This document shows positions 52,276 through 62,338 of a DNA stretch of 64,000 bases, piece by piece. Each line of letters opens with the position of its first letter. Position 1 is the first letter of the stretch. Where the stretch lies: positions 68,155 through 132,154 of the forward strand of contig CAVOXZ010000017.1 in the NCBI GenBank assembly GCA_963700555.1, written 5' to 3'. The translations under genes were made by a program, and so were the position numbers. The notes under the pieces were generated by a model. That model worked only from the letters and a program-made list of their open reading frames with translations, searched no databases and was not told the DNA's origin. The stretch comes from an uncultured Chloroflexia bacterium. Lineage in GTDB: Bacteria > Chloroflexota > Limnocylindria > Limnocylindrales > CSP1-4.

Positions 52276-52943
52276 CAGTCGCCCTCCCCCCGGAACAGGC
52301 CGAGGTGGCCCTCGAGACGGTCCCGCAGCGCGAGCCGGCCCCGGTGGATCCGGGACTTCACGGTGCCCAGCGACACGCCGGTGATCTCGGCGATCTCCGC
52401 GTAGTCGTAGCCCTCGACGTCGAACAGGACGATGGCCTGACGCTGGTCGGGGGTGATCGCGGCCAGGGCACCGTTGAGCACCCGCGTCCGCTCGCCCTGC
52501 ATCGCGGTCCGGACGGGATCGGCATCCTCCCCCGCCGGTGGCTGCCAGCTCTCGTCCTCGAGCTCCGGGTACGGCTGCGACGGGCGGCGCTTCTTCAGCC
52601 GCTGCATGTCCATCGCCGCGTTGATCGCGATCCGGCTGAGCCACGATCGGACGCTGCCGCCGCGGAACGAGCGCATGTTGCGGTACGCGGAGAAGAACGC
52701 CTCCTGGACCGCGTCGGCGGCCTGGTCCCGGTCGGGAACCATGCGCGCCACGAGGCCGTAGAGGTGGTCCTGGTAGCACTCGACGAGGCTGTTGAAGGCG
52801 TCGAGGCTGCCCTCGCGCGCCTGCTCCATCAGGATCAGGTCACGGCGTTGGACCGGGTCGTCGACGGCCTCCGTCGGCCGGGCGTCCTGCACGGCGGGCG
52901 CGGCCCTCCTGGCGGGGATGGTGAGGCGCGCCGAGTCTAGCAT
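52275..52943 (-). CDS. ECF-type RNA polymerase sigma-70 family factor
   Basis: ATG 52943. Region 2 'LYGLVARMVPDRDQAADAVQEAFFSAYRN'. Region 4 'QRQAIVLFDVEGYDYAEIAEITGVSLGTVKSRIHRGR'. Confidence 0.85.
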   Translation of the reverse strand: MLDSARLTIPARRAAPAVQDARPTEAVDDPVQRRDLILMEQAREGSLDAFNSLVECYQDHLYGLVARMVPDRDQAADAVQEAFFSAYRNMRSFRGGSVRSWLSRIAINAAMDMQRLKKRRPSQPYPELEDESWQPPAGEDADPVRTAMQGERTRVLNGALAAITPDQRQAIVLFDVEGYDYAEIAEITGVSLGTVKSRIHRGRLALRDRLEGHLGLFRGEGD

Positions 52944-53028
52944 CGGGGTGCGGTCTGGCTGGGCATCCCCCGGGGGACGCCGTCGCGGGCGCCGACGGTT
53001 CCCGCTCCGCTACGATGGGCGCGGCCAG

Positions 53029-53114
53029 GGCGAAGTGGCGGAATGGCAGACGCGGCGGTCTCAAACACCGCTGAGGGCAACCTCGTGTGGGTTCGAATCC
53101 CACCTTCGCTACCA
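53029..53114 (+). tRNA. tRNA-Leu(CAA)
   Basis: GGCGAAGTGGCGGAATGGCAGACGCGGCGGTCTCAAACACCGC.. long variable arm, T-arm GTGGGTTCGAATCCCAC, CTTCGCT-A-CCA. Anticodon loop CT-CAA-AC. Confidence 0.88.
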
Positions 53115-53172
53115 GCGCTCGTGGCGCCGGTGATCGGCACGAGCCCGCCTCCAGCCGCACCCGGAGCCTGTC

Positions 53173-53749
53173 TTGAGCCTCTTCCGTCGCGTCCTCGGCC
53201 TCGATCAGCCTGACTCGCCCGACCTCCCGGTCGACCCGGACGCGCCGCTGCCGGCGTCGGTGCGCGGTGACACCCGGAGCGTCCGCGAGCTGTCTGCCAG
53301 GCTCTCGACGCTGCCGCCGGCCCGCGCCCGGCATCTCGCCGCGTTCGCGTATCTCCTGGGGCGCGCGGCCCATGCGACCGACGGCATGAGCGAGGCCGAG
53401 CGGGCCGAGATGCACGGGATCGTGATCACGGGGGGCCTCGAGGCCGCGAGCGTCGACCTGGTCGTGGACCTCGCCGGTGAGCTCGCGGGCACGTTCGGCG
53501 CGACCGAGGACTACCTGGTCGACCCGCGAGTTCAAGGCGATCTCGACCATGGACGAGCGCCGGACGCTCCTCCGCTGCTGCTACCTGGTGATGGCCGCGG
53601 ACGACGAGATCGACGCGACCGAGTCATGGCTCGCCAACCGCCTGGCCGAGGAGCTGGACGTGGAGCGACCGGACCTCAACGCCATCCGCGCCGAGTTCCA
53701 CGAGCAGCTCTCGGGCGTCCGCGCCGTCCGCGACCTCCAGCAGGGCTGA
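53173..53749 (+). pseudogene. TerB-like (tellurite-resistance TerB / DjlA N-domain family) protein, one frame break as assembled
   Basis: ORF 53173..53847 ('HLAAFAYLLGRAAHATDGMSEAERAEM') joins at ~53521 to ORF 53477..53749 ('DERRTLLRCCYLVMAADDEIDATESWLANRLAEEL'). Confidence 0.6.
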
Positions 53750-53774
53750 CCCGCCTCGGGCGAGGCGGGACTCC

Positions 53775-56700
53775 TCAGCTCAGCTGGATGTCGATGACGC
53801 CGTCGCCCACGCGCCGGCGGACCTCGGCCTCGAGCTCCGCGTCGTAGGCCACGCCCCGCAGCTCCATCGGCAGCGCGGTCCCGCCCGGCGCCGGCACGTG
53901 CACGACGACCCGCGTCCCCCCGGGTCGCTCACGGAGCAGCGCCTTGAACGCCTGCATCGCCGACAGGACGCGGTCGGTGCCCGCCTCGCGCGTGAAGCGA
54001 ACGTTGAGGACCGCGCCGGCGCCTGCCTCGACAGGCCGCGACGGTGCCTGGGCGGCCCGCGCAGCAACCGAGCGCGCCTCGTCGGGCAGCGGCGCCTCCT
54101 CGGGTCCGTCGGACCCACCGGGATCGGCCGCGGAGGCGAGGTCGGGCGGCTCGGAGTAGGCGGGAAGCGGCTCGGCGGGCCGGATCGGCGGCAGCGCGTC
54201 TGGCCCCATCGGCGACACCGGCGGACGGGCCGGGTCCTGCACCACGGCCCCCCGGAGCGGGCTTGCAGACCGAGCTTCGACCGGGCGCGGCGCGTCGCCG
54301 GTCGCGGCCGGGCGCCGCCCACCGCCCGGGACGCCCCCGCCACCGTTGCCATTGGGCCCACCCGGTCCGCGTCGGGCGCGCTTGTCGAGCGATCCCACGT
54401 CGCGCGCGAACGCCTCGGGTCCGCGCTCGGCGACGGTGTCCCAGTCCCAGACCGAGTCGGCCAGGATCGACGCCTCCTCGCCGCGATGGTCGACCCGGCC
54501 GGCGACCAGCAGGATCGCCCCGTCGCGCCAGCTGCCGGCGGTGACCTCGTAGGTCCTGGGGAAGACCACGACCTCGAGCGTGCCCTGGAGATCCTCGAGC
54601 GTCACCACGGCCATCGTCGAGCGCGCCTTGGTGAGGATGCGTGCGCATCCCGGTCACGATCCCGCCCAGGACCACGCGCTGGCCGTCGAGCGACTCGTCC
54701 TTGAGATCTCCGCTGTACGCGGTGACGTAGTCGCCGACCCGGTCCGCGACCTCGCCCATCGGGTGATCCGAGAGGTAGAGCCCCATCAGCTCCTTCTCCC
54801 AGCGGAGCCGCTCGCGCACCGGCGTCTCCGGCGTGACGGGCAGCGGCCGCTCCAGGGTCGCCGCCTCCTCGCCGCCCATGTCGAACAGCGACGTCTGGCC
54901 GCTGATCCGGTCCCGCTGCGCCGCCTGGCCGGCGGCGAGCGCGTCGTCGAGGCCGAGCAGGACCTGGGCCGGGTGCCCGAGGACGTTGAGCGCACCGACC
55001 CGGGTCAGCGACTCGAGCACCTTCCGGTTGGCAAGGCGCAGGTCCACCCGCGTGCAGAAGTCCGTGAGCGACCGGAACTCGCCGCCCTCCTCGCGCGCCC
55101 GGATGATCGACTCGATGGCGCCTTCGCCCACGTTCTTGACCGCGAGCAGCCCGAACCGGATCGCCTCGTCCTCGACGGTGAAGCCGAGGTGCGAGCGATG
55201 GACGTCCGGCGTTCGCACGTCGATGCCCATGCGCCGGCACTCCGCGACGGCCGCGGCGACCTTCTCCGCGTTGTCGCGGAACGCGGTGAGCACCGAGGTC
55301 ATGTACTCGACGGTGAAGTTCGCCTTGAGGTAGGCGGTCTGGTAGGCGATCAGCCCGTAGCAGGTGGCGTGGGCCTTGTTGAAGCCGTAGCGCTCGAACG
55401 GCTCGAACGCCTTGAACACGGCGTCGATCGTCTGGGGCGGGACGCCGCGCTCGGCGGCCTGGGTGACGAACTTGTCCTTCATCGAGCGCAGGACCGACGA
55501 CTTCTTCTTGCGGATCGCGTAGCCCAGCGTGTCCGCCTCGGGACCCGTGAACCCGCCGAGGGCCATGGCCGCGGCCATGATGTCCTCCTGGTACACGAAG
55601 ATCCCGTAGGTCCGCTCCAGGAACGGCTCCAGCAGCGGGTGGAGGTAGGTGACGGGCTCCTGGCCGTGCTTGCGCCGGATGTACGACGGGATGTTGTCCA
55701 TCGGGCCGGGCCGGTACAGCGCGACCATGGCCGCCAGGTCGAACACCGAGGACGGCTGGAGCTCGCGGATGTAGCGCCGCATGCCCGCGGACTCCAGCTG
55801 GAACACGCCCGTCGTCTCGCCCGAGGCGAGCAGCTCGAACGTCTTCGCGTCGTCGAGCGGGATCGTGTCCAGGTCCACCTCGACGCCCCGGTGGTCGCGG
55901 ATGAGCTCCACGGCCTTGCGCAGGATGGTGAGGTTGGACAGGCCCAGGAAGTCGAACTTGAGCAGGCCCAGCGCCTCGATGCGCGTGCATCTCGTACTGG
56001 GTCATCAGCGCGTCCGAGTTGGTCGCCTTCTGGAGCGGCATCAGCTCGGTCAGCGGCTCGCGGCTGATGACGACGCCCGCGGCATGCGTGGACGCGTTGC
56101 GGGCGACGCCCTCCAGCTGCTGCGCGAGGTCGAGGAGCTTGGCGATCTGGGGGTCGCCGTCCTGCATCTCCTTGAGCTGGGGCGAGATCTGGAGCGCCTC
56201 CTCGAGCTTGATGCCCAGCTGGTTGGGGACCGCCTTCGCGATCCGGTCCACGTCGCCGTAGCTCATGCCCAGCACGCGGCCCACGTCGCGGATCGCCGCC
56301 CGGGCGAGCATCGTGCCGAAGGTGATGATCTGGGCGACGTGGTCCTGGCCGTACTTGCGGCTGACGTAGTTGATGACCTCGTCCCGGCGCTCGTCCTCGA
56401 AGTCGACGTCGATGTCGGGCATCGTCACCCGGTCCGGGTTGAGGAAGCGCTCGAACGGGAGCCCGTAGTGGAGCGGGTCCACCGGCGTGATGCCCAGCGT
56501 GTAGGTGACGATGGAGCCGGGCGCGGAGCCGCGGCAGGTGGTCGCGATCCCCTGCTCGCGGGCGAAGCGCACGAAGTCGGCCACGATCAGGAAGTAGCCC
56601 GCGTAGCCCATCGAGATGATCACGCCCAGCTCGTAGTCCAGGCGCTCCTGGAGCTGGCGGCGTGATGCCGCCGTAGCGGCGGACCAGCCCCGCCTCGCAC

Positions 56701-57615
56701 TCCTTGCGCAGCCAGGTCTCGACCGTCTCGCCCTCGGGCACCGGGAAGTGCGGGATCCGGAGCTCGCCCAGCGGCAGCTTGAGGTCCACCATCTCCGCGA
56801 TCCGGCGGGTGTTGAGGAACGCCTCGCGCTGGTCCGGGAACAGCGCGACCATCTCGGCCGCGGTCTTGAGGTAGAAGTCCTGGCCCTCGAACCGCATCCG
56901 GTTGGGCGTGTCGATGTTGCTGCCGGTGCCCACGCACAGCAGCACGTCATGGGCCTCGTGCTGCTCCCGGTGGACGTAGTGGAGGTCGTTGGTGACCACC
57001 AGCGGCAGGTTCATCTCGGGCGCGAGGCGCAGCAGCTGCTCGTTCAGGCGCCGCTGCTCGGGGATGCCGTGGTCCTGGAGCTCGAGGTAGAAGCGGTCCT
57101 TGCCCAGGATGTCCCGGTACTCGCCGGCGAGCTTGCGGGCCAGCTCCCAGTCGTCGACCTCGAGCGCCTTGGGGATCTCGCCGCCGAGGCAGGCCGACAG
57201 CCCGACCAGGCCCTCGCTGTACTTCGCGAGGTGCTCCCGGTCGATGCGGGGCTTGTAGTAGTAGCCGTCGATGTGGGCGTCGGTGATCAGCCGGCACAGG
57301 TTCTGGTAGCCGGTCATGTCCGTCGCCAGCAGGACCAGGTGGAAGGGCTGGCTGTCGGCCTTGCCCTCCTTGTCGGTCATCGACCGCCGGGCGACGTAGG
57401 TCTCGACGCCGATGATCGGCTTGATCCCCGCCTTGGTCGCCGCCTGGTAGAAGGCGACCTCGCCGTACAGCGCGCCGTGATCGGTCACGGCGAGGGCGTC
57501 GAACCCGTGCTTGACCGAGCGTGTCGACGAGCTCGGTGATCCGTCCGAGCCCGTCGAGCAGGCTGAACTCCGAGTGGGTGTGGAGGTGGATGAAGTCGTT
57601 GGGAGCGATGGTCAC
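53775..57615 (-). pseudogene. dnaE: DNA polymerase III alpha subunit (DnaE1-type), four frame breaks as assembled
   Basis: The PHP domain 'FIHLHTHSEFSLLDG' (GTG ~57615) is followed by the palm, fingers, HhH, OB fold and C-terminal domain across ORFs 56947..59271, 55479..57488, 54602..56950, 53929..55911 and 53775..54614. Joins are at ~57516, 56657, 55981 and 54639. Length = 3n+4. Confidence 0.95.
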
Positions 57616-57898
57616 GGGACGTCCATGGTAGCCCGGCTCCGGTCGCCGGGTCGGTTCGGATCCAACCGGCACGCCGTCCCGCGCCGACCCGTGGCCGACC
57701 ATCGCCTCAACGCCGCTGGAACATCGCCGCGAGATCTCCCGGCCAGCCCAGGGCCGCGGCCCGAGGGCGTCGGGTGACGTCAGGGCCGTCGCCGATCGCG
57801 GTTGGGTTGCAGCGCGTCCCGGATCGGGTGCCGGCGCACGGGCGGCGATAGCATGCGCGAATGACCCGAAGCGCGGTGCACGTCGGGACGCACCTGGA

Positions 57899-58692
57899 TT
57901 GACCCGGAGATCGCGGCCTCTCGCCGTCCGTTTGCTCCTCGTGGCCCTGGCGGGGCTGCTGGTAGGCCTCGGCCTGTACACCCTCGGCCGCGCGATGATG
58001 ACGCCGCAGCGCACGACGCCCGTGTACGACCCACCGGTGCTTGCCGGGCCAGTGGATCCCGGGCTACTGCTCGGCCGGGCGTCTATGCCCGGCTCGGCGA
58101 CACGATCGTGCTCACGACGTCGCCCCACTGCGGGGGCGATGGCACCCACGCCACGTCGCCGGACGGCACGGTCCAGGGCGTCCTGGGCCCGACCGCCGTG
58201 ATGACCGCCTGCCCGCACCCAGATCACACGTGCAAGGCCTCGGACATGAACTACCTGGCCGTCGCACCAGATCGCGTGCCATGGGGACACCTCAACGAGA
58301 TCGACCTCGGGGTCGGCGGCTACCGGATCCTCGCCCCGGATACGAGGCCGCTCGCCTGCAGCGACATCGCCGTCGGCGACCCGGTCGAGATGGACGGCCG
58401 CGGCGACTACCGGACCGGGACGGTGGCCGAGAAGGGCGAGTACCTCCAACCGGCCAACGAGGATGGTGACTTCTTCCCGTGCCTGGTCGCCTCGCGCCTC
58501 CAGGTCGGCACCGGCGACTCCGGGAGCGTGGTGCTGGTGCGTGGGATCCCGGGCGGGGTCACCACGAGGAGCCTCGATGGCAACCTCGGCTTCACGCCGC
58601 TGGCCGAGGGGCTCTCGGTGCTGGGTCTCGAGATGTGCACGACGCCGGACTGTGGCCTCGTGCCGCCCACGAAGCCGCGACCGTCGCCCTGA
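57899..58692 (+). pseudogene. Membrane-anchored chymotrypsin-fold (S1-like) serine protease, one frame break as assembled
   Basis: TTG 57899 with the TM 'LAVRLLLVALAGLLVGLGLY' (ORF 57899..58201) joins at ~58081 (1 base missing) to ORF 58108..58692. Candidate triad context: 'LTTSPHCGG', 'DMNYLAV', 'GTGDSGS'. Confidence 0.55.
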
Positions 58693-58728
58693 AGGCGTTC
58701 GGGGGGCATCCGGGCTACGCTGCCGGCG

Positions 58729-59109
58729 ATGAGCGCGCCGATCGACGACGACACGTTCGAGCGCTGGGTGGTCGAGGCGATCGACGCCCTGCCGCCGCAG
58801 TTTCGCGAGCGTCTGGGCAGCGTCGCGATCGTGATCGAGGAGTGGGCGACCCCGGAGCAGCTGGCCGTCACCCACGCGCACGGTCTCTATGGGCTGTACT
58901 CGGGCGTCCCGCGCAGCCGGCTGGGGGCGGATTGGGCGCCCACTCCATCCCGGATCACGATCTACCGGGGCCAGCTGGAAGCACATTTCCAGGCACCCGA
59001 TGCCCTCAGGGCGAAGGTGATCGACACCGTCCATCACGAGATCGCCCACCATTTCGGGATCTCCGATGAACGACTCCGGGAACTGGCACGCGAACGGGGC
59101 ACCCACTAG
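58729..59109 (+). CDS. Small zincin-like metallopeptidase family protein (DUF1025/MtfA-like)
   Basis: 126 aa with a C-terminal 'VHHEIAHHFGISDE' HExxH motif and the family-typical 'LYGLYSGVP..ITIYR'. Confidence 0.7.
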   Translation: MSAPIDDDTFERWVVEAIDALPPQFRERLGSVAIVIEEWATPEQLAVTHAHGLYGLYSGVPRSRLGADWAPTPSRITIYRGQLEAHFQAPDALRAKVIDTVHHEIAHHFGISDERLRELARERGTH

Positions 59110-59132
59110 GGACCGCTGCCATACTCCGGGAT

Positions 59133-59828
59133 GTGGACGCACGCATCCTTGTTGTCGAGGACGACTCATCGATCCGGGAGGTCGTCGCCATGGGCCTCCG
59201 GGCGGCGGGCTTCGACGTCGACACCGCGGCCGACGGCGAGGAGGCCCTGGCTCGCTGGCGCGCCAGCTCACCGGACCTCGTCCTGCTCGACGTGATGCTG
59301 CCCCGCCTTGACGGGCTGGAGGTGTGCCGGGCGATCCGGCATGAGTCCACGACCCCGGTGGTCATGCTCACCGCGCGCAGCGACACGATCGACGTGGTGG
59401 TGGGGCTCGAGTCGGGCGCCGACGACTATGTGCGCAAGCCGTTCGAGATGCGCGAGCTCATCGCCCGCATCCGCGCCGCGTTGCGGCGCCAGCGGACCGA
59501 GCCGGCAACGGGTGAGGTCGCGCTCCTGCAGCTGGGGCCGCTCCGGATCGACACCGCCGGGCGCACCGTGGACCGTGATGGCACGGAGCTGGCGCTGACC
59601 CGCACCGAGTTCGACCTCCTGGTGGAGCTGGCCCGCCACCCCGGACAGGTGCTGACCCGGGAGACCCTGCTGGATCGGGTCTGGGGCTACGACTACCTCG
59701 GCGACTCGCGCCTGGTGGACGTCGCGGTTGGCCGGCTCCGGGTCCGGATCGAACAGGACCCGGCTGCCCCCGAGCTCGTGCTCACGGTCCGCGGCGCGGG
59801 GTACAAGGCCACCCGGACGGGGTCCTAG
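59133..59828 (+). CDS. mtrA: OmpR-family response regulator, MtrA-like
   Basis: 'ILVVEDDSSIRE', 'DLVLLDVMLPRLDG', winged-helix C-terminus. It is followed by a HK and a GerMN lipoprotein (mtrA-mtrB-lpqB synteny). Confidence 0.8.
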   Translation: MDARILVVEDDSSIREVVAMGLRAAGFDVDTAADGEEALARWRASSPDLVLLDVMLPRLDGLEVCRAIRHESTTPVVMLTARSDTIDVVVGLESGADDYVRKPFEMRELIARIRAALRRQRTEPATGEVALLQLGPLRIDTAGRTVDRDGTELALTRTEFDLLVELARHPGQVLTRETLLDRVWGYDYLGDSRLVDVAVGRLRVRIEQDPAAPELVLTVRGAGYKATRTGS

Positions 59829-59836
59829 CCGGCGCC

Positions 59837-61315
59837 GTGCGCGTCGGGATCCGCGGTCGACTCGCGCTGGCCATCGTCGGCCTGGTCGCGATCACGGTCG
59901 CCTCGATCGGTCTCGGTGTGTACGCGTTCGTCGACGCCTCGCTGCGCACACGGGCGATCGCGGAGGCGCACCAGCAGGTGGACTACGACCTGTCCGTCCT
60001 GCTCCCCGGCGCAGATCCGCCCCCGGTCGACATCGGCTCGTTCCGGGCAAGCGGCCTGCCCACCGCGTTCGCCCTCAACGGGGCCGAGCGGTTCCTGGTG
60101 GAGTTCGGTGACGGCACGCTCGTCGCCTGGCCGGACCCGGGCCCGGCCCAGCAGGCCCCGGCCGTGACGATCGCGCCGGAGCTGCGGGCCATCGTGGCCC
60201 GCGGCGAGATCGGGTACTCGTGGCAGGACGTCGACGGGATCCCGTCGCTGGTGATGGGCGGCCGCCAGGGCGCGTTCCCGGAGCTGTACTTCGTGTTCTC
60301 GGCGCTGCCGATCGAGTCGGTGCTTGCCCAGCTGCGCCTGGGGCTCCTGGCTGGCGCGGCGGCGGCGATCGGCGTTGCCCTGCTGGTGGCCGGGCTGATC
60401 TCACGCTGGCTGCTGCGGCCGCTGGCCGAGGCTGGCCGCGTCGCGCGCAGGATTGCCAGTGGCGACCTCTCGGCGAGAGTCCCGGAGCGAGGGCACGATG
60501 AGGTCGGGCGCTGGGCGGCCGACTTCAACCGGATGGCCGATGGTCTCGAAGGGACGATCGCGCGCCTTGACGCCTCCCGGCAGCAGAACCGCCTGTTCGT
60601 GGCGGACGTGGCCCACGAGCTGCGGACACCGGTGACGGCCCTAGTCGCCGAGGCCTCGCTGCTCGAGGGCCGGCTTGGAGCCCTGCCCGACGAGTCCCGG
60701 CGGGCGGCGGAGCTCCTGGTCGCCGACGTCCAGCGCCTCCGGATCCTTGTGGAGGACCTGATGGAGATCTCGCGCTTCGACGCGGGCGCCGAGCGACCGT
60801 CCCCGGAGCCGGTGGACCTCGGCCGGATCGTCACCGGTGCCGTCGCCGCTCGTCTGCCCGGCGCAGCCGTGACCCTCCCGGACCGGCCGCTGATCGTGGA
60901 CTCAGACCCGCGCCGTCTCGACCGGATCCTGGGCAACCTGCTCGACAACGCCCGCGAGCACGCACCGGGAGCCCCGGTCGAGGTCGCCCTCCAGGCGACG
61001 CGGGACGGGCCCGTGATCGTCGTTGCCGACCGCGGGCCCGGCGTCCCAGGTGACGCGGTGACGCACCTGTTCGAGCGCTTCTACAAGGCCGATCGCTCGC
61101 GCGCCGGTGGCAGCTCGGGCCTTGGCTTGGCCATCGCCGCGGAGCACGCCGCGCTTCTCGGGGGGTCCCTCCGTGCGCGGGCGCGCCCCGGGGGTGGCAT
61201 GGTCTTCGCCCTGACCCTGCCGGTGACGGGATCGTTACCGGTGGGCGATGGCCCCGTCACGACCTCCGGCGATGATCTCGACGCTCCCGATTCCGCACCG
61301 AGGACCGGGCCATGA
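59837..61315 (+). CDS. mtrB: Sensor histidine kinase, MtrB-like
   Basis: Two TM segments, HAMP, H-box 'VAHELRTPVT', 'LLDNAREHAP', 'DRGPGVP', 'GLGLAIA'. Intact 492 aa. Confidence 0.8.
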   Translation: MRVGIRGRLALAIVGLVAITVASIGLGVYAFVDASLRTRAIAEAHQQVDYDLSVLLPGADPPPVDIGSFRASGLPTAFALNGAERFLVEFGDGTLVAWPDPGPAQQAPAVTIAPELRAIVARGEIGYSWQDVDGIPSLVMGGRQGAFPELYFVFSALPIESVLAQLRLGLLAGAAAAIGVALLVAGLISRWLLRPLAEAGRVARRIASGDLSARVPERGHDEVGRWAADFNRMADGLEGTIARLDASRQQNRLFVADVAHELRTPVTALVAEASLLEGRLGALPDESRRAAELLVADVQRLRILVEDLMEISRFDAGAERPSPEPVDLGRIVTGAVAARLPGAAVTLPDRPLIVDSDPRRLDRILGNLLDNAREHAPGAPVEVALQATRDGPVIVVADRGPGVPGDAVTHLFERFYKADRSRAGGSSGLGLAIAAEHAALLGGSLRARARPGGGMVFALTLPVTGSLPVGDGPVTTSGDDLDAPDSAPRTGP

Positions 61316-62298
61316 CCTTCACGCTCCGATCCAGCGCCAGGTCCCTTCTCCTGCTGGCGATCGCCATGGCGGCGATCGGCTGTGCACCCGCCAGCGGGCC
61401 GCTGGGGACCCCGGCCAACCCGGCCGTGTCCGCGGACCCGTCCGGGCCACCGGCCCCGTCGGACGTCGCCCCCGAGTCCCCCACGGATGCCGCCACGCCC
61501 CTGGTCGAGCCGTCGTCGTCCGCCATCCCGGGCGGGTCCAGCCCCCCGCCGGACGCGACCCCCGCGCCGACCGCGTCGCCGGCCCCCACCACGCTCGTGC
61601 GTGCCTACTTCATGCTCGGCTCGTTCACCGACAACGCGGGTCTCGTCCCGGTCCTGCGCCGGGTGCCCGAGACCAAGGCGGTGGCGCGTGCCGCGCTCGC
61701 CGCGCTGCTGGAGGGTCCGAAGGGCGTGGAGCTCGAGGCGTCGCCGGCGATGTACACGAGCATCCCATCCGGGGTGACGATCCTCGACATCTCGATCAGC
61801 AACGGCGTCGCGACGGTCGACCTGTCACACGAATGGACCGGCGCCGCGGCATCCTTCAAGAGGGGCAGCGCCACGGCCCAGGTCGTCTACACGCTCACCC
61901 AGTTCTCCACGGTCGACCAGGTCCGCATCCAGGTCGACGGCGAGTCGCCCTCCGGGGCCGTCGGGCGCTCCGACTTCCAGCTGCTCGGGCTGCTGCCGGC
62001 CATCTTCGTCGACCGGCCCGCCTGGGGTGCCGCCGCCGGCAACCCGTTGCGCCTCACCGGCATTGCCAACGTGTTCGAGGCGCAATTCATGGTCCAGGTC
62101 CTGGACGGCAAGGGCCACGTCCTGGTCGAGCAGCCGGTCATGGCGAGCTGCGGGACCGGATGCTGGGGAAGCTTCAAGGCCGACGTCGCCTACGAGATCG
62201 GGAAGGCGCAGTACGGCACGCTGCGGGTCTTCGAGCCCTCGGCGAAGGACGGGTCGCCGGTCAAGGTGACCGAGTACCGAGTCTGGCTCACGCCCTGA
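61312..62298 (+). CDS. LpqB-like lipoprotein (GerMN domain plus Gmad2-type Ig-like domain), shorter than canonical LpqB
   Basis: The ATG overlaps the HK stop. Lipobox 'AMAAIGC'. The GerMN-like segment is 'LVRAYFML..GLVPVLRRVPETKAVARAALAALLEGP'. The C-terminal segment is 'NPLRLTGIANVFEAQFMVQVLD..CGTGCWGSFKADV'. Confidence 0.65.
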   Translation: MTFTLRSSARSLLLLAIAMAAIGCAPASGPLGTPANPAVSADPSGPPAPSDVAPESPTDAATPLVEPSSSAIPGGSSPPPDATPAPTASPAPTTLVRAYFMLGSFTDNAGLVPVLRRVPETKAVARAALAALLEGPKGVELEASPAMYTSIPSGVTILDISISNGVATVDLSHEWTGAAASFKRGSATAQVVYTLTQFSTVDQVRIQVDGESPSGAVGRSDFQLLGLLPAIFVDRPAWGAAAGNPLRLTGIANVFEAQFMVQVLDGKGHVLVEQPVMASCGTGCWGSFKADVAYEIGKAQYGTLRVFEPSAKDGSPVKVTEYRVWLTP

Positions 62299-62338
62299 CC
62301 GCAGCCCGCCCGGGGCACGCCAGTCGTCGCGAGCGGGT

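Noticed and set aside
50632-52779. A single 715-aa protein containing two anti-sigma modules
   Set aside because: The first 168 codons are out of frame over the sigma gene. The fusion of the two modules depends on one extra C at ~51507. Removing it gives paralog 1 a C-terminus and stop (51450) that mirror paralog 2, followed by a 38-nt spacer and its own ATG.
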